This document shows, in pieces, positions 17,425 through 25,241 of a stretch of DNA of 36,976 nucleotides. The translations under genes and the position numbers were made by a program. The notes beneath the pieces are model-generated. The model was not told the origin of the DNA. It worked only from the letters and a program-made list of their open reading frames with translations, and ran no database searches. The stretch covers positions 1 to 36,976 of the IMG/VR virus record IMGVR_UViG_3300045988_025438. The stretch is one strand, 5' to 3'. The first letter of the stretch is position 1. Each line of letters opens with the position of its first letter. Source of the stretch: a virus.

Positions 17425-18561
17425 TCACATATTTTGGATTGCACTATACACTTCATCTTTCATCTTCTTCGTGATATGCAAATAGATAGATTCAGTCACT
17501 TGACTATTGTCATGTCCAACTCGAGCTTGAATTGAATAGAGCGGCAATCCCATCTCAGCAAGCTTCGAGATATGCGTGTGTCTGAATATGTGGGTTGATA
17601 TGTTCTTGTCGATTCCCATGCGTTCTCTATGTGTCCTTAAAAACGTATTTATAGCTGTGATTGATATTGGGGTGTGTTTGGATGTGGTGAAGATGAATCC
17701 TTGCTTGTTGCCCTCTAATTCTTCAATTTGAGCAAGAATCTCGATGCATCTATTTGGGAGCGAGACCGAACGGATCGATGCGGTCGTTTTTGGAGAAGTG
17801 CTCGCATAAACATCCTTGATTTTCAATTTGTGGTATTCTAGCGTTGAAGATACGTGTGCAACTGGTGGATTTGAATCCAAGTCAATCTTGTCCCAAGTTA
17901 GTGCAAGAGCTTCACCAGCTCGCATCCCCGTCATGTACATCCATTCGAAAAGCATTGCATATCTTAGATTGAGTTTGCGAGTGTATTCAATCAAACGATT
18001 GTATTCGTCATCCTCTAAGAATTTATCGGGGTTCTTTTTGGATTCTGTTCGGGTTTTATATTCGATGATGCAAGATTCGATTGGATTCGTTTCAATGTAT
18101 CCATTTTTCACAGCGTATTGGAACAACTTATTCAAACGTGACTTATAAGCCGATGTGGTGGCGTTCGAGATATTTCTTGTATACAATAGATAGTCAAAAA
18201 AACGATTCAAGTCTTGAGTTGTGATTGTAGTGATAATTCTATTTGAATCAATGAATTCTTCAAATTCTTGGTATTGTGTCTCAACGGACAAGAATGTGGT
18301 TCGTTTTACGTTCTTCTTATATATTTTCTTGTATTCCTCTATGACGGAATGGAGTGTCCTACTATCTGTCACAGTATTCCCAAGTTCTAATTGTATAGCA
18401 TTATCAAGCCATTCTTTTGCCCTCTTCTTAGTCTCACGAGTTTTGTTATCCATCGTTATGGATTTTACTCTCCACTTATCAAATCTCGGATCATAGTATT
18501 CCTCTTTGAATCGATAACGGATTTTACCGCTGCTTTTTTCGATTCTTTCTTCCATATACAT
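17425..18561 (-). CDS. int: Tyrosine integrase
   Basis: 378 aa. The C-terminal catalytic region has GMRAGEALAL (Arg), HIFRHTHIS (H-x-x-R) and VGHDNSQVTESIYLH (His...Tyr). RBS aggag. Confidence 0.95.
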   Translation of the reverse strand: MYMEERIEKSSGKIRYRFKEEYYDPRFDKWRVKSITMDNKTRETKKRAKEWLDNAIQLELGNTVTDSRTLHSVIEEYKKIYKKNVKRTTFLSVETQYQEFEEFIDSNRIITTITTQDLNRFFDYLLYTRNISNATTSAYKSRLNKLFQYAVKNGYIETNPIESCIIEYKTRTESKKNPDKFLEDDEYNRLIEYTRKLNLRYAMLFEWMYMTGMRAGEALALTWDKIDLDSNPPVAHVSSTLEYHKLKIKDVYASTSPKTTASIRSVSLPNRCIEILAQIEELEGNKQGFIFTTSKHTPISITAINTFLRTHRERMGIDKNISTHIFRHTHISKLAEMGLPLYSIQARVGHDNSQVTESIYLHITKKMKDEVYSAIQNM

Positions 18562-18573
18562 AAATTATCACTC

Positions 18574-19260
18574 CTATAAAAGAACCTTTCCAATGACAGA
18601 TACTTTCTCAGCATCCACAACTATGTCCTCATACTTTTGATTCTCAGATTTGAGAATCACATTCTTCCCATCACGATAGAGATACTTACATGTAACTCCA
18701 TCATCTTCAACTCTCACAATAGCAATCTCACCTTCTTCTACTGTTGGTTGATATCTTAGATATACTTCAGAGCCTTTCTTGATGAGCGGTTCCATTGAAT
18801 CACCTGTGATTCGAACCAATTCATTCGCACCGTTTGGAACGATAGAAGAGGGAAGAACGCCCATCTCTGCATCAACATCATCCACATGTATCATGGATCC
18901 GGCAGCAGATTGACGACCACGGACGAGGTAAACCACTTTTTCTTCTTGGATTCCATTTTGTTCATCTAATTGATGCGAAGCGAATTCGTATACTTTAGAT
19001 TGTCGGTTGGAGTCTAGTTTGTTGTAGATTATTGATAACTCTTTTGAAGTTCGCTTGTTGCTGCTCATATCAAATAAATCTTGTGGACTTATCCCAAGAG
19101 CACGACAATACTTCAATATATCTTCTTCATCAATATCTCTTTTCCCTTTTTCGTGTTGAGAAATTGTGTTCTGCTTAAAACCCGTCATTTTTCCAAGCTC
19201 AACTTGAGTTAAATTATTTTTTAATCTCAATTGTTTTATTGATTCGCCTAAAATGTTCAT
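18574..19260 (-). CDS. cI: CI-type repressor: XRE helix-turn-helix plus LexA/S24 autopeptidase domain
   Basis: Start moved to the ATG at 19260, which has RBS ggaggt; the tracked ORF begins upstream at 19323. HTH is LTQVELGKMTGFKQNTISQHEKG. The C-terminal domain has GDSMEP (Ser nucleophile) and a downstream Lys. The int RBS overlaps its stop codon. Confidence 0.9.
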   Translation of the reverse strand: MNILGESIKQLRLKNNLTQVELGKMTGFKQNTISQHEKGKRDIDEEDILKYCRALGISPQDLFDMSSNKRTSKELSIIYNKLDSNRQSKVYEFASHQLDEQNGIQEEKVVYLVRGRQSAAGSMIHVDDVDAEMGVLPSSIVPNGANELVRITGDSMEPLIKKGSEVYLRYQPTVEEGEIAIVRVEDDGVTCKYLYRDGKNVILKSENQKYEDIVVDAEKVSVIGKVLL

Positions 19261-19294
19261 GAGTTTAAACCTCCATTTTCTTTGATTTGATAAC

Positions 19295-19323
19295 ATTATA
19301 AAAGGATGAGATAAAAAATGCAA
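19295..19323 (-). promoter_or_regulatory. Leftward promoter for cI-int: TTGCAT, 17-nt spacer, TATAAT
   Basis: The - strand reads ttgcat tttttatctcatccttt tataat. The spacer contains a TATCTCA operator half-site. Confidence 0.65.
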
Positions 19324-19329
19324 AAAAAA

Positions 19330-19346
19330 TATCTCAAAAAGAGATA
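19330..19346. promoter_or_regulatory. Operator O1 (TATCTCA-aaa-AGAGATA)
   Basis: 17-bp inverted repeat between the two divergent -35 boxes. Confidence 0.6.
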
Positions 19347-19353
19347 AAAAGTG

Positions 19354-19382
19354 TTGACAAATATCTCAACATGAGATATATT
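19354..19382 (+). promoter_or_regulatory. Rightward early promoter: TTGACA, 17-nt spacer, TATATT
   Basis: ttgaca aatatctcaacatgaga tatatt. Operator O2 fills the spacer. Confidence 0.7.
19362..19378. promoter_or_regulatory. Operator O2 (TATCTCA-aca-TGAGATA)
   Basis: Perfect 7+7 inverted repeat inside the rightward promoter spacer. Confidence 0.65.
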
Positions 19383-19433
19383 AGTGTCACAAGGTTGATT
19401 CAAGACCTAAAACACATGAAAGGAGGTGAGCGG

Positions 19434-19661
19434 ATGACCGACAAAAAAAGATTGCAGAAGAAACACTTGAAACCAAAATTGGAACTAAGACGAGAACGAT
19501 TAGGACGAGAACTTACAACTGGTTACATGGCAAATCTAATCGGTTTAGACAGAAGACAATATGAGAAGAAGGAGGCGGGAGAGTTTCCGTTTAAAGATTA
19601 CGAAATGGACATCATATCTCGTGAACTAGGTAAAAGTGTAGAAGATATTTTTTTTAATTAA
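19434..19661 (+). CDS. cro: Cro-like XRE-family HTH protein
   Basis: ATG at 19434 after aaggaggtg. 75 aa. HTH is LTTGYMANLIGLDRRQYEKKEAG. First gene of the rightward operon. Confidence 0.7.
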   Translation: MTDKKRLQKKHLKPKLELRRERLGRELTTGYMANLIGLDRRQYEKKEAGEFPFKDYEMDIISRELGKSVEDIFFN

Positions 19662-19664
19662 AAA

Positions 19665-19681
19665 TATCTCAGTCTGAGATA
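19665..19681. promoter_or_regulatory. Operator O3 (TATCTCA-gtc-TGAGATA), remote copy downstream of cro
   Basis: Perfect 7+7 inverted repeat with the same half-sites as O2, 303 bp downstream of O2, between the cro stop and the next RBS. Confidence 0.6.
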
Positions 19682-19692
19682 AAGGAGGTAAC

Positions 19693-19947
19693 ATGAGTAA
19701 GAAAATCATCTCAAAAAAAGAATTCCAAGAAATGTATCCAAGATACAACACGGAATCCAAGTGGAAAACAATCGTGAATCGAATCAAAGCGAGCGAATAT
19801 GCTGATGCTTATGTGCGGATCTCACGAAACGATGTAAACATCAACATCGAATTGTTCGAAAGATTCCTCGAGCTTGAAGGAATCAATTGGGCGAATCGAT
19901 ACGGGACCAAGATGACAAGAACAGAATTCGAAAGGAGATTGGCATAA
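19693..19947 (+). CDS. Hypothetical early protein (84 aa); possible excisionase or DNA-binding role by position only
   Basis: RBS aaggagg. No motif recognised with confidence. Confidence 0.35.
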   Translation: MSKKIISKKEFQEMYPRYNTESKWKTIVNRIKASEYADAYVRISRNDVNINIELFERFLELEGINWANRYGTKMTRTEFERRLA

Positions 19948-20126
19948 TGGAACAAAAAAACGAAAAAATGTCAGACGAATTACGAGATGAATATCTTGAA
20001 GCTTATGATGAAGCAATATCTAAAACTGTTATGAATATTATGAAAAACGGCTTAACAGAACACAATGTAAGAATTCTGCATATGTTCATGGAAGATAAGA
20101 AAGATTTTAAAAAAAGATATTGTTAA
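19947..20126 (+). CDS. Hypothetical early protein (59 aa)
   Basis: The ATG at 19947 overlaps the upstream TAA (taATG). RBS aaggag. Confidence 0.45.
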   Translation: MEQKNEKMSDELRDEYLEAYDEAISKTVMNIMKNGLTEHNVRILHMFMEDKKDFKKRYC

Positions 20127-20154
20127 TGAATCAAACACAAAAAAGGAGAAAACG

Positions 20155-20376
20155 ATGAGACGAAAAAGAAAAACAAGAGTGCGATTCATTCCACTCATGA
20201 GATGGATGTTGCAATGGTACATCCTATCGTTTGGGCTCATTATCGCAATGATGAGTATCGTGCTCTTGGTAGGGAAGGCGGTCGAGCAGCACGAATCAAA
20301 AGTAAATTTGATAAGAAGTGGGCAGTATGTGGAGCCCGATTTTCAGGATACTTGGAAAGTAAAGGAGGAAAAATAA
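20155..20376 (+). CDS. Small membrane protein (73 aa)
   Basis: Basic N-terminus MRRKRKTRVR, then the hydrophobic stretch WMLQWYILSFGLIIAMMSIVLLVG. RBS aaggag. Confidence 0.5.
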   Translation: MRRKRKTRVRFIPLMRWMLQWYILSFGLIIAMMSIVLLVGKAVEQHESKVNLIRSGQYVEPDFQDTWKVKEEK

Positions 20377-20643
20377 ATGTTTAACGTTGAAATAGATGAA
20401 GGAATGGTTGGAAAGGTGAAGGTATCAATAAAGGTATTAGATGCCTTGTGTACGAGTGAGTCAAGTTTTGACGAATGTTTCGAAGCGTTGAGAAGTTTAG
20501 CGAATAGCTTCAAGATGGGAGAACTATTAGGAATGGAATTTGATAAAGAAACACTCAAACAATTAAGAGATAGTATGCAAGAAGACCTTGATGAATATAA
20601 CAAGAAAAAAGCCGATGAAACAATCACCGACTTTCACAACTAA
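20377..20643 (+). CDS. Hypothetical acidic protein (88 aa)
   Basis: RBS aaggagg. Starts immediately after the upstream stop. Confidence 0.5.
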   Translation: MFNVEIDEGMVGKVKVSIKVLDALCTSESSFDECFEALRSLANSFKMGELLGMEFDKETLKQLRDSMQEDLDEYNKKKADETITDFHN

Positions 20644-20683
20644 CTAACTACATTATAAAAATAAAATAAGGAGAAATCAATAG

Positions 20684-21976
20684 ATGACAGTTAAAATCAA
20701 CAAACTAGAAATCGAGAATGTGAAGCGTGTCAAGGCTGTCACAATCGAGCCTACATCAAACGGACTCACAATTCTCGGTGGAAATAACAATCAAGGAAAA
20801 ACAAGTGTCCTAGATGCCATTGCTTGGGCATTGGGTGGCAATAAGTACAAACCAAGCAAACCAGCTCGTGACGGGTCCATGAATCCTCCAACACTTCGAT
20901 TGGAATTATCAAATGGACTCATTGTGGAACGTAAGGGCAAGAATTCAGATTTGAAAGTTACGGATCCAAGCGGACAAAAAGCAGGGCAACAATTGCTTGA
21001 TTCATTCGTGGAAGAACTCGCTTTGAACCTTCCAAAATTCATCGAATCAAGCTCAAAGGATAAAGCGAACACGCTTCTTCAAATCATTGGAGTGGGTGAT
21101 AAATTGTGGGAGCTAGACCGTAAAGAAGAGCGATTATACAACGAGCGAAGAACAATCGGACAGATTGCGGATCAAAAAAAGAAATATGCAGCCGAACAAC
21201 CTCATTTTCCAGAAGCTCCGAATGAATTAGTAAGCATTTCGGACTTGATTCACGAACAACAAGAGATTCTTGCACGAAACGGTGAGAATGCTCGAAAACG
21301 CCAAAATCGAGAAGAGATTCGCTCTCAATTGCATCTCTCAGAATCTCGCTTGAAACAATTGAAAGAACAACTTGCTCAAGAAGAAGCGACTCACGAGAAG
21401 CTCATGGGCGACTATATCGAAGCGAACAAGTCAATTGAAGACCTAGTGGATGAATCGACTGAAGAGATTGAAAACTCAATCGCAAACATCGAAGAAATCA
21501 ATCGCAAGGTTCGAGCAAATCTCGACAAAGAGAAAGCTGAAGAAGATGCGAAGCAATACAGTTCTCAATATGACCAATTAACGAAACAAATCCAAGATGT
21601 TCGAGACGAACGCACAAGCTTACTCGATAGTGCGGACTTACCATTGGCGGGACTTTCTGTGGAAGATGGTGAACTCGTCTTCGAGGGGCAAAAATGGGAC
21701 AACATGAGTGGCTCTCAACAATTAAGAGTATCAACCGCAATCGTTCGCAAGTTGAAACCAGAGTGTGGATTTGTGCTCTTGGATAAGCTCGAACAAATGG
21801 ACATTCCAACATTGAACGAGTTTGGCAAATGGTTGGAATCTGAAGGGCTTCAAGCCATTGCAACTCGAGTGTCTAGTGGAGAGGAATGCCAAATCATCAT
21901 CGAGGATGGCTATGTCGTATCAGACACAATCACACCATTCCAAGACACAGAACCAACGAACACTTGGAAGTTTTAA
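20684..21976 (+). CDS. SMC/RecF/SbcC-like AAA ATPase with a central coiled coil
   Basis: The N-terminal sequence KINKLEIENVKRV...ILGGNNNQGKTSVLDAIAWAL includes the Walker A motif. A long coiled coil follows. C-terminal MSGSQQ (signature) and FVLLDKLEQMD (Walker B). Confidence 0.75.
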   Translation: MTVKINKLEIENVKRVKAVTIEPTSNGLTILGGNNNQGKTSVLDAIAWALGGNKYKPSKPARDGSMNPPTLRLELSNGLIVERKGKNSDLKVTDPSGQKAGQQLLDSFVEELALNLPKFIESSSKDKANTLLQIIGVGDKLWELDRKEERLYNERRTIGQIADQKKKYAAEQPHFPEAPNELVSISDLIHEQQEILARNGENARKRQNREEIRSQLHLSESRLKQLKEQLAQEEATHEKLMGDYIEANKSIEDLVDESTEEIENSIANIEEINRKVRANLDKEKAEEDAKQYSSQYDQLTKQIQDVRDERTSLLDSADLPLAGLSVEDGELVFEGQKWDNMSGSQQLRVSTAIVRKLKPECGFVLLDKLEQMDIPTLNEFGKWLESEGLQAIATRVSSGEECQIIIEDGYVVSDTITPFQDTEPTNTWKF

Positions 21977-21997
21977 GGATAAGAAAGGAGAAATCAC

Positions 21998-23086
21998 ATG
22001 AATATAACATCAGGAGTACAAGCAAGAGCCCAACGTGTAGTGATTTACGGGACCGAAGGAATCGGGAAGTCAACACTCGCAGCACAATTCCCGAATCCAT
22101 TATTTATCGACACAGAAGGCTCGACATCGAACATGGATGTCAAGCGTATGGACAAACCAACAAGTTGGACGATGCTCATGAATCAAATCGCATTCGTGAA
22201 AGCAAACCCCACAGTTTGCAAAACGCTAGTAATCGACACCATCGATTGGGCTGAATCATTGGCAATCGAGAATGTATGCTCGATGCATGGCAAGAGAGGA
22301 ATCGAAGATTTCGGTTATGGGAATGGATACACGTATGTTCGAGAAGAAATGGGTCGCTTATTAGATAAGCTTCAAGAATTAGTGGACATTGGCATCAACG
22401 TGGTCTTGACCGCACATTCTCAACTTCGCAAGTTCGAACAACCCGATGAAGATGGAGCATACGACCGCTACGAATTAAAACTAGGAAAGAAAACAAGTTC
22501 TCAAACCGCTCCAGTTGTCAAAGAATGGTGCGACTTACTTCTATTCTGTAATTACAAGACGATGGTGATGACATCAGAAACGAAGAAGAAGAAAGCAACA
22601 GGCGGACAACGTGTGATGTACACGACACATCACCCAGCGTGGGATGCGAAGAATCGTCATGGACTTCCAGATGAACTCCCAATGGACTTCGCTGCTATTG
22701 CACACATTTTTGAATCAAGTAAACAAAAAACTGTTGAGACTGTAACTCCTCAAAACGTGGGCGTTGGAAAAGTAGTGAGCGAACCAAAAATTGAGCAAGT
22801 GCCCTCAGTTGATGAAGTTATCCCAGCAGGAACGAGTGGAGCAGAAACTCAAGGAGATCCGTTCCCTCTTAAAGAACCAATCAATATACCAGACTCTATT
22901 CCACAATCATTGAAGGACTTGATGCTTCAAAATTCAGTCACTCCGAAGATGCTTCAAGAAGTAGCATTCAAGAAAGGGCACTTCCCACAAGACACACCAA
23001 TCGAGAACTTCCCACAAGAATATTGGGCGTTCATGGTGACGAATTGGGCTGATGTTTTGAAATCAATTGAAAATACAAACAAATAA
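21998..23086 (+). CDS. AAA_24 / Sak4-like RecA-fold ATPase with a long C-terminal extension
   Basis: VVIYGTEGIGKSTLAAQFPNPLFIDTEG (Walker A) and LVIDTIDW (Walker B). Typical partner of DUF669 and an SF2 helicase in Gram-positive phage replication modules. Confidence 0.75.
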   Translation: MNITSGVQARAQRVVIYGTEGIGKSTLAAQFPNPLFIDTEGSTSNMDVKRMDKPTSWTMLMNQIAFVKANPTVCKTLVIDTIDWAESLAIENVCSMHGKRGIEDFGYGNGYTYVREEMGRLLDKLQELVDIGINVVLTAHSQLRKFEQPDEDGAYDRYELKLGKKTSSQTAPVVKEWCDLLLFCNYKTMVMTSETKKKKATGGQRVMYTTHHPAWDAKNRHGLPDELPMDFAAIAHIFESSKQKTVETVTPQNVGVGKVVSEPKIEQVPSVDEVIPAGTSGAETQGDPFPLKEPINIPDSIPQSLKDLMLQNSVTPKMLQEVAFKKGHFPQDTPIENFPQEYWAFMVTNWADVLKSIENTNK

Positions 23087-23110
23087 CATATAAGAAAGAG
23101 GTAAATAATT

Positions 23111-23638
23111 ATGACAGAATACAACAACAACTTCGAACGTGAATTTGGATGGGACGACACTATCCAACAAGACTCAACATTCATCTTGCTTCCTGTGGGA
23201 CTCTACGAGTTCACAGTCACAGGATTCGAACGACAAAGACACACACCAAATCCACAAAATCCAGGGAAACTCCCAGCATGTCCAAAAGCTGTCGTAAGTA
23301 TCGAGATTGTGACTCCACAAGGTAAAGCAGAATTGAAACACAATCTATTCTTACACTCAAGCACAGAAGGAATGTTGTCAGCATTCTTTGGGGCGATTGG
23401 ACAAAAACGAAAAGGCGAACCATTAAAAATGAATTGGCAAACAATCATCGGTGCTCGTGGCGTGTGCAAAGTTGGGATTCGTAAATACAACGACAACGAA
23501 TACAACGAAGTAAAAGCGATGCTATATCCTGAAGATGTGAACCCAAATCAAGTATTGAATCGTTCACAACAACCACAACAACAATTCCAACAACAAGCAG
23601 CTCAACAACAACAACAACCGTCTTGGGGTGCATTCTAA
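23111..23638 (+). CDS. DUF669-family protein (proposed SSB-like) with a Gln-rich C-terminal tail
   Basis: The N-terminus FGWDDTIQQDSTFILLPVGLYEFTV is typical of DUF669. The tail is QQPQQQFQQQAAQQQQQPSWGAF. Confidence 0.65.
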   Translation: MTEYNNNFEREFGWDDTIQQDSTFILLPVGLYEFTVTGFERQRHTPNPQNPGKLPACPKAVVSIEIVTPQGKAELKHNLFLHSSTEGMLSAFFGAIGQKRKGEPLKMNWQTIIGARGVCKVGIRKYNDNEYNEVKAMLYPEDVNPNQVLNRSQQPQQQFQQQAAQQQQQPSWGAF

Positions 23639-23653
23639 AAGGAGGGACATTGA

Positions 23654-25237
23654 ATGGAATTACGAAAATATCAAGAAGAGGCTCGTGAGTCCATTCAACA
23701 GGAATGGGCAGAAGGTCGCAAGAAGACTCTTCTAGTCCTTCCAACAGGATGCGGAAAGACAATTGTGTTCGCAAAAGTAATCGAAGACCGAGTGAGAATG
23801 GGCGAGAAAGTTCTCGTCCTAGCTCACCGCTCTGAACTACTAGACCAAGCGAGTGACAAACTGTTCAAGTCAACAGGACTTCAAACATCGCTCGAGAAAG
23901 CAAGTTCAACGAGTATTGGCTCATGGAATCGTGTTGTCGTTGGATCCGTTCAAACCTTGCAGCAACCAAAAAGACTCGCAAAATTCGAGAAAGACCATTT
24001 CGACTCGATTGTGGTGGATGAAGCTCATCATTGCATCTCTGATGGATATCAACGTGTGCTCTCACATTTTGATAGTGCGAATGTTCTAGGAGTTACAGCA
24101 ACTCCCGACCGTGGTGATATGCGTAATCTAGGGACATATTTCGACTCGCTAGCCTACGAATATACACTACCACAAGCAATCAAGGAAGGTTATTTGAGCC
24201 CAATCAAGGCACTCACAATCCCATTGAATCTCGACCTCTCGAGTGTTTCGATGTCACAAGGTGACTTCAAAGCGAGTGATGTTGGGAATGCGTTGGACCC
24301 GTACTTGGAACAAATTGCAAACGAGATGATGGAGCATTGCAAGGACAAGAAGACAGTCGTATTCCTTCCATTAGTGAATACATCTAAGAAGTTCAGAGAC
24401 ATCCTAAATTCGAAAGGATTTCGAGCTGCGGAAGTCAATGGAGAATCCAAAGACCGTGCGGAAGTCCTCGAGGATTTTGAGAACGGAAAATACAATGTCT
24501 TATGCAATTCAATGCTTCTTACAGAGGGATGGGATTGTCCATCAGTTGATTGTGTGGTCGTACTTCGACCAACAAAGGTTCGCTCGCTCTATTCTCAAAT
24601 GGTAGGGCGTGGAACGAGATTGCATCCCGGGAAGACACATCTATTGCTCCTCGACTTCTTATGGCATACAGAGAAGCATGAATTGTGTCGTCCAGCGCAC
24701 CTTATCGCTGAGAATGAGGAAGTTGCGAAAGCGATGGTTGAACGTACTGAAGAGAACACAGGAGCAGAATTCGAACTCCTTGAATTAGAAGAAGTGGCAA
24801 AAGAAGATGTCACAGCTCAACGTGAAGAAGCTCTTGCGAAACAACTCGCTGAGATGCGAAAACGCAAACGCAAGCTTGTGGATCCGTTACAGTTCGAAAT
24901 GTCGATTCACGCTGAAGACCTCACGAGCTATGTCCCATCATTCGGATGGGAGATGAGCCCACCTTCGGACAAGCAACTTCAAACATTAGAAAGACTCGGA
25001 ATCATGCCCGATGAGATTGGCAATGCTGGGAAGGCTCAGAAGATTCTTGACCGCCTATCAAAACGCCAAAATGAAGGCTTAACAACACCAAAACAAATTC
25101 GATTATTAGAACGCTATGGATTTCGAAATGTAGGAATGTGGCAATTTGAAGCAGCATCTAAGCTCATCAATCGCATTGCTGCGAACGGTTGGAGAGTTCC
25201 TCACAACATCGATGTCCATACTTATCAAGGAGAGTGA
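23654..25237 (+). CDS. SF2 DEAD/DEAH-box helicase
   Basis: LPTGCGKT (motif I), VVDEAHH (II), GVTATP (III), LTEGWDCP (V), QMVGRGTR (VI). Confidence 0.9.
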   Translation: MELRKYQEEARESIQQEWAEGRKKTLLVLPTGCGKTIVFAKVIEDRVRMGEKVLVLAHRSELLDQASDKLFKSTGLQTSLEKASSTSIGSWNRVVVGSVQTLQQPKRLAKFEKDHFDSIVVDEAHHCISDGYQRVLSHFDSANVLGVTATPDRGDMRNLGTYFDSLAYEYTLPQAIKEGYLSPIKALTIPLNLDLSSVSMSQGDFKASDVGNALDPYLEQIANEMMEHCKDKKTVVFLPLVNTSKKFRDILNSKGFRAAEVNGESKDRAEVLEDFENGKYNVLCNSMLLTEGWDCPSVDCVVVLRPTKVRSLYSQMVGRGTRLHPGKTHLLLLDFLWHTEKHELCRPAHLIAENEEVAKAMVERTEENTGAEFELLELEEVAKEDVTAQREEALAKQLAEMRKRKRKLVDPLQFEMSIHAEDLTSYVPSFGWEMSPPSDKQLQTLERLGIMPDEIGNAGKAQKILDRLSKRQNEGLTTPKQIRLLERYGFRNVGMWQFEAASKLINRIAANGWRVPHNIDVHTYQGE

Positions 25238-25241
25238 TTGA

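Noticed and set aside
17271-17456. 61-aa - strand ORF spanning the attP region and the int stop
   Set aside because: It has no RBS, crosses the palindromic terminator and the arm-type repeats, and overlaps the int 3' end. It is most likely noncoding.
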